Under the pieces are notes generated by a model that was given only the letters and a program-made list of their open reading frames with translations, ran no database searches and had not been told where the DNA came from. A stretch of DNA of 64,000 nucleotides from a virus (Duplodnaviria > Caudoviricetes): IMG/VR virus record IMGVR_UViG_3300012665_000704, positions 1-64,000 of that record, one strand, 5' to 3'. The position numbers were made by a program, and so were the translations under genes. Below are positions 60,519-64,000 of the stretch, in pieces. The first letter of the stretch is position 1; every line of letters begins with the position of its first letter.

Positions 60519-61712
60519 ATGAAAAAAGTAGCAATGATTGGTGTTGGTAAATTGGGGCAAGATTGTGCAGAAGTAATGTATGATGCTGGCAATGATGTAG
60601 TTGGGTATGATGTAGAATATAGAACTCCTACATTTCCTATGAAAGAGACTATAGAAGAAGCAGTAAAAGATAGAGATATTATCTTTATCGCGGCACCAAC
60701 ACCGCACGATCCTATCTATGGTGGCGAAACCCCAACAAGTCATTTACCTAATAAGGATTTTGATTATACAATAGTTAAAAATATTTTAGAAGAAGTTAAT
60801 AAACACGTTAATAAAAGTCAATTGGTTGTCCTCATCAGTACCGTATTACCCGGAACAGTTCGCTCTTTACTTGAACCTTGTATCACTAACGCAAGATTCA
60901 TTTATAACCCTTACCTAATTGCCATGGGAACAGTAAAATGGGATATGGTTAATCCCGAAATGGTCATTATTGGTACAGAAGATGGTAGTATTACTGGTGA
61001 TGCTAGTGAACTAATTGACTTTTATAAAATGTTTATGCAGAATGATCCACGCTATGAAGTTGGAACATGGGATGAAGCAGAGGCTATTAAAATATTTTAT
61101 AATACATTCATAAGTACTAAACTTGCATTAGTTAATATGATACAGGATGTAGCAGAAACTAATGGTAATATGAATGTTGATATAGTCACACAAGCATTGG
61201 CAAAAAGTACAACTCGTATCATGGGACCTGCATACATGAAAGCTGGATTAGGTGATGCAGGTGCATGTCATCCTAGAGATAATATAGCATTAAGATATCT
61301 TGCTGAACGATTAGATTTAGGTTATGATTTGTTTGATAGCATTATGACTGCTAGAGAAAAACAAGCCGAACGTATGGCACAAAAGTGTTTACAATATGGT
61401 AAAAACATTACAATATTTGGCAAAGCATATAAGCCGGGTGTCCCGTATATAAACGGTAGTGCTAGTATGCTTGTGGGTCACTATATTCAAAAACACGGAG
61501 GTACAGTTCATTACTATGATGTAAATACCGGTGATATTGACTTACGTGAAGATTGGACTCATGTTTATTTGATTGGTTATTGGGAAGAATGGGTAGAAAA
61601 AATGTCCATACGTAACTCGGGCTGTGTGTTGATTGACCCCTGGAGGAAAGCAACGTACCAACATCATGCTGGTGAAATTGTTTACTACGGAAATACTAGA
61701 AAGAAAAAATGA
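60519..61712 (+). CDS. UDP-glucose/GDP-mannose 6-dehydrogenase family protein
   Basis: GVGKLG, APTP, ISTVLPGT, YNP, AEAIKIFYN, catalytic GACHPRD, GKAYKP. Confidence 0.9.
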   Translation: MKKVAMIGVGKLGQDCAEVMYDAGNDVVGYDVEYRTPTFPMKETIEEAVKDRDIIFIAAPTPHDPIYGGETPTSHLPNKDFDYTIVKNILEEVNKHVNKSQLVVLISTVLPGTVRSLLEPCITNARFIYNPYLIAMGTVKWDMVNPEMVIIGTEDGSITGDASELIDFYKMFMQNDPRYEVGTWDEAEAIKIFYNTFISTKLALVNMIQDVAETNGNMNVDIVTQALAKSTTRIMGPAYMKAGLGDAGACHPRDNIALRYLAERLDLGYDLFDSIMTAREKQAERMAQKCLQYGKNITIFGKAYKPGVPYINGSASMLVGHYIQKHGGTVHYYDVNTGDIDLREDWTHVYLIGYWEEWVEKMSIRNSGCVLIDPWRKATYQHHAGEIVYYGNTRKKK

Positions 61713-63595
61713 GAATACCACAAGAAATAATGGCACGGCAAATGTTTATTGCTTTTCCAGAACTTGAAAAACATGCTGATCAAATGCATTTTATTGATGC
61801 AACTATTAATCAAAGAGAAGTATTTTTAACTAGAGATACGATTAGTATTGTTGAAGAAATAACAGAAGCATATAAACAAGGTCGTTCTAAGTTTGTTTTT
61901 TTTATGTTTACTGAAGCAGTATTGGCACATATAATTTTCAAAATACATAGAATAGCTGAAATATTTAGAGGAGCTATTCCTTCTGAAAACTTCATATATC
62001 TTTCAGGTGCAATAAATGGAGAAGAAGCATACAAAAACTTAGCACAGGAATATAATTTTCCGTGTAGGATAACAATATTATCTGCATCAATGTTTCATTT
62101 TTATCTAAAAGAAACAATAACAAATTACAATATTGATTATTCAGTTGATGTTAATCCAAAACTTAAAAAATTTCTGTGTTTCAATAAAATGGAAAGAGAA
62201 CAGCGACTACGGTTAATTGAACGCATGTTAGAAAATAAATTTGTAGAATTAGGATACTATTCATTTGAATCAGGGGATAGTGAGAACTTTCCTAAGTTTA
62301 TAGATTCCTTAGTACAAGAAAAGTTTCCTAATATAAAAAAACATAAGGATATGTTTCCGTTACGCTTAAATATTAATCCAAATAGAACTAACCCTGTTAA
62401 TGTTATTCCAGATGATATGGAATATTTTAAAAACAGTTATTTTAGCATTGTAAATGAGACAATATTTTATGGAGTATATAGTACTGACGTTAATCCACTA
62501 TTTCATCAACTTAATGCAGAGTATTCAAGTATATTCATTTCAGAAAAAACATACAAATGTTTGGCAGTAAAGCATCCTTTTGTTATTTTTGGAAGACCAG
62601 GCACCATTAAAGGACTACATAAATTAGGTTTCAAAACATTTAGTCCTTACTTTAATGAATCGTATGATGATGTAATAGACGATGATGAAAGATTTGATGC
62701 TATCTTTAATGAAATAACCAGATTAATTAATTTAAGTGATGACGAATGGGTAGAGATATTAAAAAATATACAGCCAATTCTTGAACATAATCATTCACTA
62801 TTTTTTAATAGCACTAGGTTCGGAGTAACTAAAGATGCAGAAAGATTTTTTAAAGACAATAACAAAGAACAATCTTTATTATTTGATAAAGTCATACAAA
62901 ATTGTGACACATTAGAATTAATGCCCTTAGCTGAAAATCCAGATTGGACATTGCAGAATAAAACATTAAAGAGCGGAATCGAAATACAATTTCCTACTCA
63001 TTTAGATGGCGGTGGCATTGAAATGGTTGATGATTTAATTAGTGCAATTAAAAAAACAGGAAAACCATTTTATAACAGAGCATGTGAATGGTGTGCTGGA
63101 TTTGGGGTATTGGGGTTTGAAGTATTAGGATTGGGTTTAGCAAAACATATCGTATTCACTGATTACTATCATGTAGCAATTGATACCTGTTTAGAAAATG
63201 CTAGAAAAAATCATCTAATTAATCATGTTTCAGGACATGTATCAGGAACTATTAACGGCATACCTAATATAGAAAAATGGGATTTAGTCGTAAGCAATCC
63301 TCCGCATGTACATGATAAAGCATATTTTTTAGAAAATATACCGGGTGGTAAAGAGCAACATGCTAATTTAGATAATACCTGTCGATTAATAGTAGATCAA
63401 AATTTTGGAATACATAAAGAATTTTTTAAAAATATAAAAGAAAAGTTAACCACTGACGCAGATGTATATCTAATTGAAGCTGTAGTTCTAGACTGTTTCA
63501 TAGAATGGGCAGAGCAGGGAGGGTTATACCTACATAGTAGACATCCTGTAAGTTTTTTACCACACGGCGAGATATTGCATTTTAAAGTAAAGTAA
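61709..63595 (+). CDS. Fusion of a TEK-motif glycosyltransferase-like domain and a class I SAM methyltransferase
   Basis: FLCFNK, SIVNET, ISEKTYK, HPFVIFG, NESYD; then EWCAGFGVLG (motif I) and DLVVSNPPH (motif IV). Confidence 0.7.
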   Translation: MRIPQEIMARQMFIAFPELEKHADQMHFIDATINQREVFLTRDTISIVEEITEAYKQGRSKFVFFMFTEAVLAHIIFKIHRIAEIFRGAIPSENFIYLSGAINGEEAYKNLAQEYNFPCRITILSASMFHFYLKETITNYNIDYSVDVNPKLKKFLCFNKMEREQRLRLIERMLENKFVELGYYSFESGDSENFPKFIDSLVQEKFPNIKKHKDMFPLRLNINPNRTNPVNVIPDDMEYFKNSYFSIVNETIFYGVYSTDVNPLFHQLNAEYSSIFISEKTYKCLAVKHPFVIFGRPGTIKGLHKLGFKTFSPYFNESYDDVIDDDERFDAIFNEITRLINLSDDEWVEILKNIQPILEHNHSLFFNSTRFGVTKDAERFFKDNNKEQSLLFDKVIQNCDTLELMPLAENPDWTLQNKTLKSGIEIQFPTHLDGGGIEMVDDLISAIKKTGKPFYNRACEWCAGFGVLGFEVLGLGLAKHIVFTDYYHVAIDTCLENARKNHLINHVSGHVSGTINGIPNIEKWDLVVSNPPHVHDKAYFLENIPGGKEQHANLDNTCRLIVDQNFGIHKEFFKNIKEKLTTDADVYLIEAVVLDCFIEWAEQGGLYLHSRHPVSFLPHGEILHFKVK

Positions 63596-63635
63596 AGTAA
63601 ATTATTGGGTAATATCTTATATTATTAAATACAGT

Positions 63636-64000
63636 ATGGACTTTACACTAAGACACCTAGCTGTTGATAAGCTAGAAGCAAAAGAAAAACCAACTGAGGA
63701 TATCGCTGACGCTCGCCATCGTAGTATGATGGAAGCTATTGCGCCATATGCAAAAACAACAGTTCAAAAGAATTTAACTCCCATATATGTAGATTACAAA
63801 ACACGTAATACCAAATTAGTTCTAGTACTATGTCCTGAATGGAGTCCCTACATGCCACCCTTTAGTCTAGCAAGATTAAGTGGTGTTGCTAAGAGTGCAG
63901 GGTATGAAACGCACATCATGGATTTAAATGTACGTGCTTATAATGAATACAAAAATGATTGGAGACCTAATCAAAAATTACCATTTAGATTATGGGATCC
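63636..64000 (+). CDS. Partial CDS, probably the N-terminus of a second B12-binding radical SAM enzyme
   Basis: Manual translation MDFTLRHL...LVLVLCPEWSPYMPPFSLARLSGVAKSAGYETHIMDLNV matches the PPLGLAYLA...DLN pattern; TAAATA at 63626-63631; open to the edge. Confidence 0.65.
   Translation, partial: MDFTLRHLAVDKLEAKEKPTEDIADARHRSMMEAIAPYAKTTVQKNLTPIYVDYKTRNTKLVLVLCPEWSPYMPPFSLARLSGVAKSAGYETHIMDLNVRAYNEYKNDWRPNQKLPFRLWD

Noticed and set aside
63583-63600. TAAAG x3 microrepeat at a stop codon
   Set aside because: Too short and AT-rich to be meaningful; not a CRISPR repeat or terminator.
1-64000. CRISPR array, tRNA genes, IS/integrase, inteins, stop-codon recoding
   Set aside because: None seen by eye. 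ORFs tile the window under the standard code, including a 19 kb ORF. A tRNA or covariance scan was not run.

Overview
This AT-rich window comes from a large contractile-tailed (T4-like, probably jumbo) bacteriophage genome. From left to right it carries: (i) a tape-measure-like gene running off the left edge, divergent from a gp26/gp51-like pair joined by a candidate -1 frameshift site; (ii) a ~500 bp non-coding interval with two C-GAA-G DNA-type hairpins and a ~360 nt structured minus-strand RNA candidate, directly 3' of an Hjc-like nuclease; (iii) a minus-strand module with the resolvase-like nuclease, gp46, an inserted sulfotransferase, gp47 and a gp55-like sigma factor; (iv) a baseplate/tail module (tube initiator, gp53, hub, gp5 with a long extension, gp25, gp6, a 6463-aa repeat-rich wedge/fibre protein, fibre proteins); and (v) a tightly coupled >20 kb operon behind a late-promoter motif, encoding about 7 glycosyltransferase-like proteins, 5 twitch/SPASM radical SAM enzymes, 2 B12-type radical SAM enzymes, a GDP-mannose 3,5-epimerase, an NDP-sugar dehydrogenase, 2 SGNH-like proteins and a methyltransferase domain. 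The operon (inferred virion glycan synthesis and tailoring) and the structured RNA are the best candidates for undescribed systems. All calls come from reading motifs by eye; no database searches were run.
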